From: the human T2T-CHM13v2.0 reference genome, Homo sapiens
Strand: one strand, 5' to 3'
Length of the DNA stretch: 64,000 bases
Assembly (NCBI RefSeq): GCF_009914755.1
Contig: NC_060936.1
A program made the translations under genes and the position numbers. The notes beneath the pieces are model-generated. The model had not been told where the DNA came from, did no database searches, and was given only the letters and a program-made list of their open reading frames with translations. This document shows, piece after piece, positions 34,401 to 64,000 of the stretch (its first letter is position 1; each line of letters starts with the position of its first letter).

Positions 34401-37374
34401 TGAGGGGTGAGAGGGATCCCCAGGGCCTGGGCCTGCTGAGGGGTAAGAGGGATCCCTAGTTTCTGAGCCTGCTGAGTGGTGAGAGAGATCCCCGGGGCCT
34501 GGTCCTGCTGAGGGGTGAGAGTGATCCCTTGAACCTGGGTCTGCTGAGGGGTGAGAGGGATCCCCAGGGCCTGCGCCTGCTGAGGGGTGAAAAGGATCTC
34601 CAGGGCCTGGGCCTGCTGAGGGGTGAGAGGGATCCCTAGTTCCTGGGCCTGCTGAAGGGTGAGCGTGATCCCCTGAGCCTGGGCCTGCTGAGGAGTGAGT
34701 GTGATCCCCACTTCCTGGGCCTGCTGAGGTGTGAGATGAATGCATTTAGTGAGAGGCTGGCCAGAAATAGGAAGAGCTCCAGGCAGGGAGTATTGTAGGG
34801 AGGGGGGAGGTGTGATTGATATGGGCTCCTTTTCATCAGGAAGGTTCTCTAATGTCTTCAGATTCCTCTGAAACTCTTTTCCTTCATATGACCGCTGTAC
34901 ATCTTTCAATACACTCTTCCACCTGGGAGATAATGTCATTGGAGTTTGGATGACCATTTTTTCTAGCTCTTTAGGTTGTGTTTCCTTCATCTGCATCTGA
35001 TCCTTTGTTTTGATCTGCCTTTCGAGGTCCTCTAGCCCTCTCTCTGGCTTCTGCTTTTCCTTCCCTTTCTCCCTTCTCCTGTGTGGCCCCAAATGTTTCG
35101 CTTCCTTCTGAATCTGCCTCATCTGTCCATTCTCCTTTTCCAAGAGCAACCCTTGTGTTTTCATTTTTTGGGTCCCTTCTTCCAGCCGCTGCAGGCTTGA
35201 CTTTGGAAGCTCTTCTTCCTCCTGTCCTCTTTGCTTTTGCTTTTCCTCTTGCTCAGCCTGCTTTGGAGTTGCCTGTTTTTGCTCTTCCTTCCACATCTCT
35301 TCTTCCTGCCACTGTTTCTGGCTCTGTTGTTCTTGCTTTCCCTCCTTCATCTGGAGCCATGCCTTTTTTTCTTCCCAATTCTCACTTATCTTCTCATAGT
35401 GCTCCTTCAAGAGATTTCTTTCTCCCAGCAACTGCTGTTTGAGACTCATGCCAGACATTTGTTCTTGACCCTCTTGCAAATATTGCTCCTGCCTTTGTTT
35501 TTCCTTCTCCTTGTGGTCTTTCTGTACTGTTGAGACTGTTGGAATATCTCTTTCACTTTCTATTTCAGCCAAGATCATTTGTATTAAATTGTTAATTACT
35601 GGATCTGTGCTCTCATATGAGAGGAGGGTACTGCTTTCAGATTTTGCACTAATTGGTGACTTCTGAAAATGCAATCCTGGCATAAATGAGACTACCTTTT
35701 TTTGTTTTATAGGTTTCTCTCCAACTTGTTCTTCCTTTTTTGTATCTTTGTATTTTCTCAAGATTTTAGTCACAGTTTCAGCCACTTTTTGGAAATATTC
35801 CTCCATTTTTGCCTTTATGATTCCTAATTTTTCAGCTTCTGCTCTTTTTAATAACTCCTCTTCCTTCGGAACAGTCTTTTTGTCAAAAGCCTTTCCTATG
35901 TTATCAATTTTCTGTTTTAGGAAAGCCATTATGGCTTCCTGAAATTCTTCGAGGTTACTCTGTTCACTTTTGCCATCTGGACTTTCTAGAACTCTGGTAG
36001 ATTCTGAAGTCTCTTTAGCCACTCTTGAGAGTGATTTAACAAGTTGATGAGACTTGACTTGTTTGGTCAACTCTTCCTTCTCTTCAGTTTTTTCTTCTTT
36101 GCTTGTGATAGTTCCTGAAGAGATATGGTGTTTCTTTCCTTTTATTTTTCCTTTCTGTGGCTCAGCAGTATCATCAAATTGGATCATACTGAGTGGCTCC
36201 ACTAGGCTTCTAATTTCACCTTTGCCCTCTTTGTCCAATGACTCAGTGGTGGGTTCCACTTTAATCTCTGCTGCAGTTGGACGTTTGTCAAATGGAGATT
36301 CACGTTTGACCTTCCTAAATTGCTCCAACATCATCATACTTGTTCCACTTTTGCCACCTTGGCTCTTTGTTTCAGTTAAAGAGAGATGTTTTCTTTTTGC
36401 TTCAGTGGGTGACTTTGATTTATCTTCAGAAAAGGATTTCATTTCTTTTCTTTTCTTTTTCAGTACTTGTAGCTCATAGTATTGACTAGGTTTGGCCTCT
36501 GAGACTTTCTGTCCACTTTTATTATCACTCAGATTTGGTCCAGAGGTCTCATATACATATGTGCCTTTTGTGTGGCTTCTTTTCCATGATTGATACTCAT
36601 CAGTCTCATCTTCCTGATAGAAATCACCTTTCTTCAGTGATACGTTATCTTTAGTGCTGTCTTCGGAAATATCTTCAGAAGCAACAGGTTGCTGTCGTAG
36701 TTCAGTTAAATCTGGAGTTCTTTCAGCTTGGGCTGTATATGAAATAGTGGAGTCCCATTTTATCCCAGAGTCCTTGGTCTCTTTTCTTTGGACTTCATCT
36801 ACAATATTTTCAAGTTCCTTGTCTAAAATATTGTCCATATTGTCCTCAGTATCACCAACTTTGATTATCGCCCTGGATGACTGTGGAGAAGGTCCAGGTA
36901 ACACTTTCAAGGTTGATGATGTGGACAATTTTGCATATAGTTGTTCTATAACAATTTTGGATCGAATAAGTTGTTCACATTTTTCTTCTGCATCTTGAAG
37001 TTTCTGCTGAAGCATTTCATTTTCGTTACTGAGATCTCGTATTATCTTCAGAGAGAGCTCCTTTTCTGCTTCACTTGTCTCATGTGCATACACAGTGGAA
37101 CTTTGGAAGTTAACACATTTTAATTCATCATTTAGCATACTCAAAGCTGTAGAAAGGTTTACTATTGTTGATGATATATATTTAATAGCATTGTTTTCCA
37201 ATGTACTGAACATTGTGGTGCCTATGAGTTCCTGTAGCATACCTTGGATTTCTGAAACCTTTGTATTTGTTGCAAGTTGATCACTAATCATCTGATCTGG
37301 TCTTAAAGCACGGGCTGTTGAAGGTCGTTTTATAACTCTTTCTTTCCAAGATTTCCATAGAGTACCTCTAGATA
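31455..37374 (-). CDS. FAM186A: FAM186A giant coding exon (probably exon 4), 5920 nt: charged/coiled-coil-like K/E/Q region, 12-aa tandem repeat, Pro-rich region, start of the C-terminal domain
   Basis: Covered by the 1990-aa ORF 31451..37423. Acceptor ttttttcttcag|TA at 37374 (T+TA = L, then SRGTLWKSW) and donor GCCAG|gtagat at 31455. Protein recognised as FAM186A from the LTPQQAQELGIP array and its flanks. Confidence 0.96.
32219..32650 (-). repeat. Degenerate 12 x 36-bp coding repeat (APPTPGQPFIAG-like units)
   Basis: 12-aa register: GPFAPGKPLEMG/ILSEPGKLGAPQ/TLRSSGQTLVYG/GQSTSAQFPAPQ/APPSPGQLPISR/APPTPGQPFIAG/VPPTSGQIPSLW/APLSPGQPLVPE/ASSIPGDLLESG/PLTFSEQLQEFQ/PPATAEQSPYLQ/APSTPGQHLATW. 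Confidence 0.75.
33008..34735 (-). repeat. Coding minisatellite, 48 x 36 bp, consensus peptide LTPQQAQ(A/E)LGIP
   Basis: I counted 48 twelve-residue units in the ORF. 48 x 36 = 1728 bp matches the coordinates exactly, so there are no internal indels. Confidence 0.97.
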
Positions 37375-38126
37375 CTGAAGAAAAAAACATAAAACAGTGA
37401 GATGGCATTTTTTTCTTTTGCATTGTGTTCTATCTATGTTTAAATCTAAGGAATTTAGCCTAGATTAACTATAACTAATTAAATATAAGATAAAGATTAA
37501 TCTGAAAACTTTAGCTCTAAAATAAACAGTATTATTTTTAAAGAATGACTCTTTTCACACAATCACCTAGAAGTTTTTCTTTCTTTTTTTGTTGAGAGGG
37601 GATCTCCTTGTTTCCCAGGCTGGAGTGCAGTGGCACGATTACTGCAGCCTCAACTTCCTTGGCTCAAACAATCCACCCACCTCAGCCTCCCTGCCTGAGT
37701 TGCTGGTGTTACAGGTGCAAGCCACAGTACCTGGCAATCACCTAGAACTTCTGCCTCCAGAGTTTAGGACATGAACTCAGCTGTGACCTCAACTTAATTT
37801 TAGTTACAAGTTTTGGGTTAGATATAATGTATCTAAGACAAGGCCAGGGCTTGGTGGTTCACGCCTGTAATTCCAGCACTTTGGGAGACCTGGGTGGGCA
37901 GATGACCTGAGGTCAGGAATTCAAGAGCAGCCTGGCCAATATGGTGAAACCCTGTCTCTACTAAAAATACAAAAATTAGCCAGGCGTGATGGCGCATGCC
38001 TGTAATCCCAGCTACTCAAGAGGCTAAGGCAGGAGAATCACTTGAACTCGGGAGGCGGAGGTTGCAGTGAGCCGAGATTGCGCCACTGCACTCAAGCCTG
38101 GGTAAAAGAGTGAGACTTCGTCTCAA

Positions 38127-38166
38127 CATACATACATACATACATACATACATACATACATACATA
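38127..38166 (+). repeat. (ACAT)n microsatellite, about 10 units, as an Alu tail
   Basis: Directly visible. Confidence 0.92.
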
Positions 38167-38359
38167 AAATAAAATAAAAGATGTAATTCAAGACAAAACT
38201 TTTCTCTGGTTTTGGTTATGCTAGTGCTTTCCACTTTCTTTCTCAGATTCCTGTCTCTCTTTTCTCTTTTTTCTGAATCAAAGCTTGCCTTGGTTCTTTC
38301 AAAAGTGTCATAAATTAATAGATAAAAAAGACACACATTTGGCCAGGCGCAATGGCTCA

Positions 38360-41818
<3,459 letters not shown>

Positions 41819-41863
41819 TCAAACTCCATCTACTCCAACTCCAAAATCATAAAGCACCCTTAC

Positions 41864-42034
41864 ATATTTTTTTCTTTTGTTTCTTCTTTTCGTCGAGGAA
41901 AGATGTACTAAATCTGCTTAGTATCTTGACATTGTTCTCAATAGCTTTTAACGTGTCCGGTAACAACTCCATTTGTGCTATCCAGTGGTGGTGTTCATCA
42001 ACATCCATTAGAGTCATCTCAGACAAAACATCAT
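41864..42034 (-). CDS. FAM186A: FAM186A coding exon (probably exon 3), 171 nt, NDVLSEMTLMDVDEHHHWIAQMELLPDTLKAIENNVKILSRFSTSFLDEKKKQKKKI
   Basis: Acceptor tttactctcttcaag| and donor ATAT|gtaagg. Stop-free by manual translation, phase 1 to 1. Too short for the ORF track. Confidence 0.92.
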
Positions 42035-42289
42035 CTTGAAGAGAGTAAAAAAAAAATCATTTTTGTGCAGAAAAATAAATAACTATAGCTACATAGGCTT
42101 ATAATATTGGGTAACTACTCAATACAGTAATATTGGGGAATATAGGTATCTCACACTTACTGCCATTCTGAGGCTTTTCTCTATGAAGAAATTAAAAAGG
42201 AAGAAACTTGGAATAGAAGGCTAAATAGTAAGTCTTAGACATAAAGACATGAATCAGATTAAAAAGTGTCTATTTGGTTTGGTACCTAA

Positions 42290-44080
<1,791 letters not shown>

Positions 44081-44252
44081 GCCTATATTTTTCCTATTTT
44101 ATTCCTACTGGAATAGAGGATAACCATTCTCTGAATAACCTCCTTAGTCTTTTCTTCTTTAATCTGATTAATCCTTCAAAATTTACTTATATATTCTCTT
44201 CTCTTTTTCATTAACTTTATGGTTTTCCTCTGAACCGCTTCTGTAAACTTAC

Positions 44253-44472
44253 TCCATTCTTCCAACCAGGCCAGAATGTTGGCAAGAGTCTTTTCTCTTA
44301 TTTCAATAGTCTTAGCGTAAGTAGCCATTTTCTCAAGAAAATTGGTTCTCTGTTTTTTCTTATGTTCTGTAAGGGAGACATTCCTTTCAGAGGACGAGTT
44401 AAAAACAAGAGTATAGCGAGTCATTATCCGATGCACATTGTTCATTATTTCACTCAGCTGCATATCAATGTC
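44253..44472 (-). CDS. FAM186A: FAM186A internal coding exon (first exon in window, probably exon 2), 220 nt, DIDMQLSEIMNNVHRIMTRY...LANILAWLEEW
   Basis: Minus strand has acceptor ctgacag|GAC at 44472 and donor TGGA|gtaagt at 44253. It overlaps ORF 44176..44463, runs phase 0 to 1, and joins the next exon in frame (A+AT = N). Confidence 0.93.
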
Positions 44473-45084
44473 CTGTCAGAATAAGAAGGGGGCATGTATT
44501 AATCTTCAGTTTGAAAAGAAGCTTTGGTCATCTTTCTTCTCAGAACGTCAGTGACAGTTAATTTAAAGCTATCCAATTAAAGTCTTGCTAATTCTAGCTT
44601 TTATTGTGAGTCTCAAATTTTCCCTCTTAAAAAAAAATTCCTTTTTCTGCCTTCATCATCCTAGCAATGCTATGATATAATGGAAAGAGCATTGGGTTTG
44701 AAGCCATATCTGGATCTTAACTCTAGGTCTTTCATTAAAATGACTTTTAATAAATCACGGCATGTCTGAGCTCCCTCTGCCGCCTCTGTAAAATGATGGA
44801 GATACTAAATACACAGTTGATGTGAAGTGTATAAAATTTGTGAAAGTGCTTTATAAGCTGTAGCTGCTAAAAAAAAAAAAAAAGAAAGAAAAAGAAAACA
44901 GAAAAAAATGCAAGTTGCTTCTTTTTTCCTTTCTTACCTGGAAAGCAATTATCAGACTATGCCTCAAACATACTTTTCTTTCATTATCTCCTTTGCTCAA
45001 GAATCTTACCACTTATTAGCTTAGTACATTGAGTATATGGGGAAGAGAAAGAATTTTATCAGCAAATCTCTTTTCTTCACTCTA

Positions 45085-46615
<1,531 letters not shown>

Positions 46616-46701
46616 GTTCACCCCTTCCAACTTTATTATTCTTTCATTTTGGCTTCAGACAAACTGAACTTTCTCTACAGTCCGTATAATAAGAGTAAGA
46701 T

Positions 46702-47240
<539 letters not shown>

Positions 47241-47419
47241 AGAGTAAGATTTGGATTTTGCCAAACAAATCATCATGCAAAATGAGTATTCTGATGTTAG
47301 GTGTATTTGCTGTTACAGCAAATAATAATTTAAGTCAGGAACACAGGTGAGCCAAGGCAAAGTTTGCTAAACCAAATGATGAAGAATAACATTACAAGCT
47401 AACACATAGCACAGTGAAC

Positions 47420-53215
<5,796 letters not shown>

Positions 53216-53490
53216 TAATTTTTTTTTTAATTTAAAAAGGAATAATCAAACGTTAAGTATGGAAATACTGGAATCAGAAAAAGAGGTGATGCAGTTGTAG
53301 CAAATCTAACTTAAGTCAAGAACACAGGAGACGGGAGACAAAGTTGGCCAAGCCAAGTGATAAAGAATAACATCACAACTAATACATAGTATGGTGGTTA
53401 AGAAATAAATACGCCAGGTGCAGTGGCTCAAGCCTGTAATCCCAGCACTTTGGAAGGCCAAGGAGGGTGGATCATGAGGTCAGGCGTTCA

Positions 53491-53733
<243 letters not shown>

Positions 53734-54001
53734 TCACATCTGTAATCCCAGCACTTTGGGAGGCTGAGGCGGGTGGATCACTTGAGGTCAGGAGTTGGAG
53801 ACTGACCTGCCCAAGATGGTGAAACCCCATCTCTACTAAAAATACAAAAAATTAGCTGGGCATATTGGTGGGTGACTGTAATCCCAGGTACTTGGGAGTA
53901 TGAGGCAGAGAATTGCTTGAACCCCGGAGGCAGAGGTTACTGTGAGCCGAGATGGTGCCACTGCACTCCAGTCTCCTGGGCGACAGAGCAAGACTCCGTC
54001 T

Positions 54002-54095
54002 AAAAAAAAAAAAAAAGAAAAAAGAAAGAAAGAAGGAAGGAAGGAAGGAGGAAGGAGGGAGGGAGGGAGGGACGGAGGGAGGAAGGAAGGAAGGA

Positions 54096-54159
<64 letters not shown>

Positions 54160-54195
54160 GAAAAGAAAGAAAGAAAGAAAAGAAAGAAAGAAAAA
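54002..54195 (+). repeat. 194-bp polypurine tract (A)n/(GGAA)n/(GGGA)n/(GAAA)n derived from an Alu tail
   Basis: Only one pyrimidine (C at 54073); long perfect (GAAA)n run. Confidence 0.95.
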
Positions 54196-54262
54196 CTAGG
54201 CTGGGCAACGGTGGCTCACACCTGTAATCCCAGCAGTTTAGGAGGCCGAGGTGGGCATATCA

Positions 54263-54575
<313 letters not shown>

Positions 54576-54684
54576 TCAGCGTTACCCTGATATCAAAATC
54601 AGACAGATGTAAAAGAAGAAAACTACAAACCAATATCCCTCACCTCATGAAAATAGTCACAAAAAATGCTTCGTAAGATTTTCA

Positions 54685-55445
54685 TACCATCTCACACCAG
54701 TTAGAATGGCAATCATTTAAAAGTCAGGAAACAATAGGTGCTGGAGAGGATGTGGAGAAATAGGAACACTTTTATACTGTTGGTGGGACTGTAAACTAGT
54801 TCAACCATTGTGGAAATCAGTGTGGCCATTCCTCAGGGATCTAGAACTAGAAATACCATTTGACCCAGCCATCCCATTACTGGGTATATACCCAAGGGAT
54901 TATAAATCATGCTGCTATAAAGACACATGCACACGTATGTTTATTGCAGCATTATTCACAATAGCAAAGACTTGGAACCAACCCAAATGTCCAACAATGA
55001 TAGACTGGATTAAGAAAATGTGGCACATATACACCATGGAATACTATGCAGCCATAAAAAATGATGAGTTCATGTCCTTTATAAGGACATGGATGAAATT
55101 GGAAATCATCATTCTCAGTAAACTATCGCAAGAACAAAAAACCAAACACCGCATATTCTCACTCATAGGTGGGAACTGAACAATGAGAACACATGGACAC
55201 AGGAAGGGGAACATCACACTCTGGGGACTGTTGTGGGGTGGGGGGAGGGGGGAGGGATAGCACTGGGAGATACACCTAATGCTAGATGACGAGTTAGTGG
55301 GTGCAGCGCACCAGCATGGCACATGTATACATATGTAACTAACCTGCACATTGTGCACATGTACCCTAAAACTTAAAGTATAATAATAATAAAGAAAGAA
55401 AGAAAGAAAGTTCTAAATAAAAATCTTTATAGAAATTAAAAAAAA
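54685..55445 (+). mobile_element. 5'-truncated young L1 (L1PA2-like), about 0.7 kb, with 10-bp TSD
   Basis: ORF2 C-terminus ...HRIFSLIGGN* (ORF 54808..55179). The 3' UTR gctagatgacgagttagtgggtgcagcgcacc has GAG rather than the L1HS-Ta ACA. TSD aagattttca at 54675..54684 and 55446..55455. Confidence 0.92.
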
Positions 55446-55971
55446 AAGATTTTCAAAAATTCTGGGACAGATAGGTGACCAATAAAATAAAATAGAAAAT
55501 AGAAACAAACAATATCCTTAAAAAATAGCATCATGAAAAAGTGGGATTTACCCTGGTATGCAAGGCTGATTCAAAATTTGATAATTTCTAAATGTAACTC
55601 ACTATGTCAACGGATTAAAGAAGAACCATTTATCGCCTTGGTATATACAGAAAAAGAAGTTGACAAAATTCAACATTCATTCATGATTTCTAAAAGAAGC
55701 TCGATAATAAATGAGGAATAGAGGGTAATTTCCTCAACCTGATAAAGAGCATTTACAAAACATTTACAGCTAGCATCATACTTAATGGTAAACGTCTCAA
55801 GTGCTCTAAAGGTTCTGTTCTAATCACTTCTGCTCAACATTGGATAAATGTCCTAACCAATTCAATAAGGTCAAAAAAAGAAATACAGGAAAATGGATTG
55901 GAAAGAGAGAAGCAACATGGTTTCTATTTACAACAAAAAGTTTGTCCATGTAAAAACTCCCAAAGAATTTA

Positions 55972-56332
<361 letters not shown>

Positions 56333-56335
56333 TTA

Positions 56336-57790
<1,455 letters not shown>

Positions 57791-57881
57791 GTGGGTCAAA
57801 CCTCCTTTTACCTCTCTCTCTCTCTCTCTTTTTTTTTTTTAGACAAGGTCTTATTCTGTTGCCCAGGCTGGAGTTCAGTGA

Positions 57882-58088
<207 letters not shown>

Positions 58089-59411
58089 TGAGTGCTTGGG
58101 ATTATAGGCATGAGCCACTGCACCCAGCAGAACTGTGTTTAAAGATGCACAATTTAAAGGGGCAATCTTCTGGAAGTGGAAAAAACACAAGGTTGGAAGA
58201 AACACCATTTGGCAATTAGGTAGTAAAAAGGGGGAAAAAAGAACTACAATCATCAGGACAGTATGGTATTGGTGTAATGACGGACAAATACATGAATGGA
58301 ATAGAATAGAGTGTTTAGAAAAGGACTCACATACATGTGGTCAATTAATTTTTGACAGAGGTGCAAATGCAACTCAGTAGAGAAAGGGCAGTCTTTTTAA
58401 CAAGTGGTGTTCAAATAATTGAATATCCACAAACCAGAATGAAAAACAAGCTTTTATTCATATCTTGCACAATATTTCAAAAATTTAGTCAAATGAATCT
58501 ATGAGCTAAATATAAAATTTAACACTATAAAACTTCTAGAAGAAAACATGGGAGAAAATACTTACGAACTTGGGTTAAGGCAATGATTTCTTTGATATGA
58601 TAACGAAGGCACAACCAATGAAAGTACAACACAAGGCCAGGCGCAGTGGCTCACGCCTGTAATCCTAGCACTTTTGGAGGCCGAGGCAGGTGGATCACCT
58701 GAGGTCAGGAGTTGGAGACCAGCCTAGCCAACATGGTGAAACCCTGTCTCTACTAAAAATACAAAAATTAGCCGGGCGTGGTGGCTGGCACCTATAATCC
58801 CAGCTACTTAGAAGGCTGAGGAAAGAGAATTGCTTGAACCCGGTGGGGGCAGAAGTTTCAGTGAGCCAAGATCGTGCCACTTCACTCCAGCCCGGGCAAA
58901 AGAGCAAAACTCCACCTCAAAAAAAAAAAAAACAAGAAAAGAAAGAAAGTACAACATGATACATTAGATTTCACAAAAATGTAAGACTTCTGCAATATGA
59001 AAGATACTGTTAAGAAAATGAAAAGTCGGCGAGGCGAGGTGGCTCATGCCTGCTCATCCCAGCACTTTGGGCGGCCAAGGCAGGTGGATCACCTGAGGTC
59101 GGGAATTTGAGACCAGGCTGACCAACATGGAAAAACCCTGTCTCTACTAAAAATACAAAATTAGCCGGCGTGGTGGCCACATGCCTGTAATCCCAGCTAC
59201 TCTGGAGGCTGAGGTAAGAGAATTGCTTGAACCGGGAGGCGGAGGTTGCAGTGAGCCGAGATTGCGACATTACACTCCAGCCTCGACAACAAGAGCGAAA
59301 CTCCATCTCAAAAAAAAAAAGAAAATGAAGTCAGCCGAGCACGGTGGCTCACGCCTGTAATCCCAACACTTTGGGAGGCCGAGGTGGGTGGATCACGAGG
59401 TCAGAAGTTCA

Positions 59412-59876
<465 letters not shown>

Positions 59877-60064
59877 TTAACCCAGCAATCCCATTTCTAG
59901 GAATATACCTTGGAGGTACAGCTTCAACCATATGAAAATGTCTATGTGTAAGGTTACTTTCTGCAGCATTGTTTGTAATTATGAAGTATTGGAAATAACT
60001 TAAATGTCCATACATAGGAAAGTGGTTGAATTAACTATGGTATAACTGCACAATGGATTATTTA

Positions 60065-60229
<165 letters not shown>

Positions 60230-60307
60230 TCACGCCTGTAATCCCAGCACTTTGGGAGGCCGAGGTGGGTGGATCATAAGGTCAGGAGATCGAGACCCTC
60301 CTACCTA

Positions 60308-60879
<572 letters not shown>

Positions 60880-61403
60880 TTACCCTTCATGTAAGAAAAA
60901 ATGAGAAATGAAAAATTATGCATGAATCTACTCATTTGTGCAAAATAAATACAAGAAGGATAAGCCAGAGGCTAGACAGATTGGTTACATATAGGGTGTA
61001 TGTGGGGAAAAGGTGGAAAGAAGGAATGACAATAGGGTAGCAAAGATAAGAAAGGAGTGACATTTTTCTGCATGTAGCTCTGACTTTTATCAGCACAGTA
61101 ATGTTTCACATACATACCTTTCATATACTCGATAATAAACTGTTAAAACCAACCTGTATTTGGGCTGACCCAAAATGGAATATGAATACTAACAACTGAA
61201 ATTAAGTGTATACAAATGAATAACATAACTTCACTTAGAAGAAAATAAATAGGTAGCAACTTTGAAAACAGTATATTGAGTGGACAATGTAAGGTTAAAT
61301 ATAAAACAATGGTACATAAATGCAGTGCTACTTAATAAATGTCCTTCTTATATGCTTATGGATTAGTAATTCTGAAATTACATTATGTGTGTACTGGAAA
61401 TCA

Positions 61404-62530
<1,127 letters not shown>

Positions 62531-63443
62531 GTGGGCCAAGGTTGCACCACTGCACTCCAGCCTGGACAACAGAGCAAGATTCTGTCTCAAAAAAAAATTG
62601 ATTAATTAATTAATTAAATGTAATGAAGAGATGGAAAGATATTCTGTGTAAATGGAAACCAAAAAAGAACAGGAACAGCTATACTTATATAACCGAACAT
62701 AAACTTTAAGTCAAAAAGTAATAGAGCCAGGCAGGTTTACATGATTGTAATCTTGGAAATTTGGAAGGCCAAGGTGGGAAGATCACTTGAGGACAGGAGT
62801 TTGAGAACAGCCTGGGCAATATTGCAAGACCCTGTCTCTATAAAAAATTAAAAAATTAGCCAGCATGGTGGCTTGTACCTGTAAGTCCCAGCTACTGAAG
62901 GGGCTGAGGTGGGAGAATCACCTGAGCCCAGGAAGTTGAGGCTGCTGTGAGCCATGATCGTGCCACTGCACTCCAGCATGGGTGACAAGGAGAAAACCAT
63001 CCAGGTCAAAGGGCACCAAATATGAGGCAAACAGAAATCAAGCATCCCCTTTTGAGTAGGGAGTGGGGAAGAAGTTCTTGGAAAGTTGGTGATTTGGGGT
63101 TAGTCCCTAAAAACCACTTTAGGATTTCTCTGCTCTGCCCACCCTCTGGAGAAGGTGGACACTGGTCAGTTAACAGATGACATGTTACTTGATGAGCAGT
63201 CACTTGATGCCCATGGCTTTCGTTTTAAAGACACATACACATATCACACCACTGCACTCCAGCCTGGGTGACAAGAGCAAAACTCCAACTCAAAAAAAAA
63301 AAAAAAAAAGACACACTCTTGTCCACACATGCTTAGAGATACGAGTAGGCTGGTCAACTTAAGCATGTTACTGGCAGAGGGGGTATTGGGGTTATTTTCT
63401 AGGGGGAATAGCATGTCACTTTAGCATGCTTTTTAATATATTA

Positions 63444-63998
<555 letters not shown>

Positions 63999-64000
63999 CG

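Noticed and set aside
33008-34735. CRISPR-like array of 36-bp repeats
   Set aside because: The units are contiguous with no unique spacers, they are in frame in a eukaryotic exon, and there are no cas genes.
33857-34745. Antisense ORF (LLRGERDPQ repeats) and shifted-frame ORF (HPSAGPGPGDPS repeats)
   Set aside because: These are by-products of a 36-bp unit that lacks stops in other frames. There is no independent promoter, splice or start-context evidence.
37375-37423. ATG start of the 1990-aa ORF (MQKKKMPSHCFMFFSSV)
   Set aside because: It lies in the intron and polypyrimidine tract. A good acceptor at 37374 joins the upstream exons in frame, so this is not a single-exon gene.
54808-55179. 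123-aa ORF
   Set aside because: It is the C-terminal tail of L1 ORF2 in a 5'-truncated, promoterless copy.

Overview
Primate (human-like) genomic DNA, very Alu-dense (roughly 100 Alu copies or fragments by eye), containing most of FAM186A on the minus strand. Seven coding exons splice cleanly with GT-AG boundaries and consistent phase: complement join 44253..44472, 41864..42034, 31455..37374, 15039..15231, 12798..12949, 11701..11886, 8513..8534. Together these are 6864 nt, or 2287 codons plus TGA; the first coding exon must lie beyond position 64000. The 5920-nt exon carries a 48 x 36-bp coding tandem repeat (LTPQQAQ[A/E]LGIP) with higher-order dimer blocks, and a second, much older 12-aa periodic array next to it. 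Downstream of the gene is a 5'-truncated HERV-L provirus (pol, integrase and dUTPase remnants, PPT, MLT2A1-type 3' LTR) followed by a MER51-type solo LTR. The upstream intron holds an RPL26 processed pseudogene, old L1M fragments, an L1PA2-like insertion with an apparent short 3' transduction, and two MER52-type LTR fragments. Almost all short ORFs in the supplied track are Alu or L1 artefacts. I found no evidence for a wholly new multi-gene system. The most interesting signals are the two-tier repeat architecture of FAM186A and several retrotransposition or repair scars. Repeat subfamily names come from recalled consensus sequences, not from a database search.
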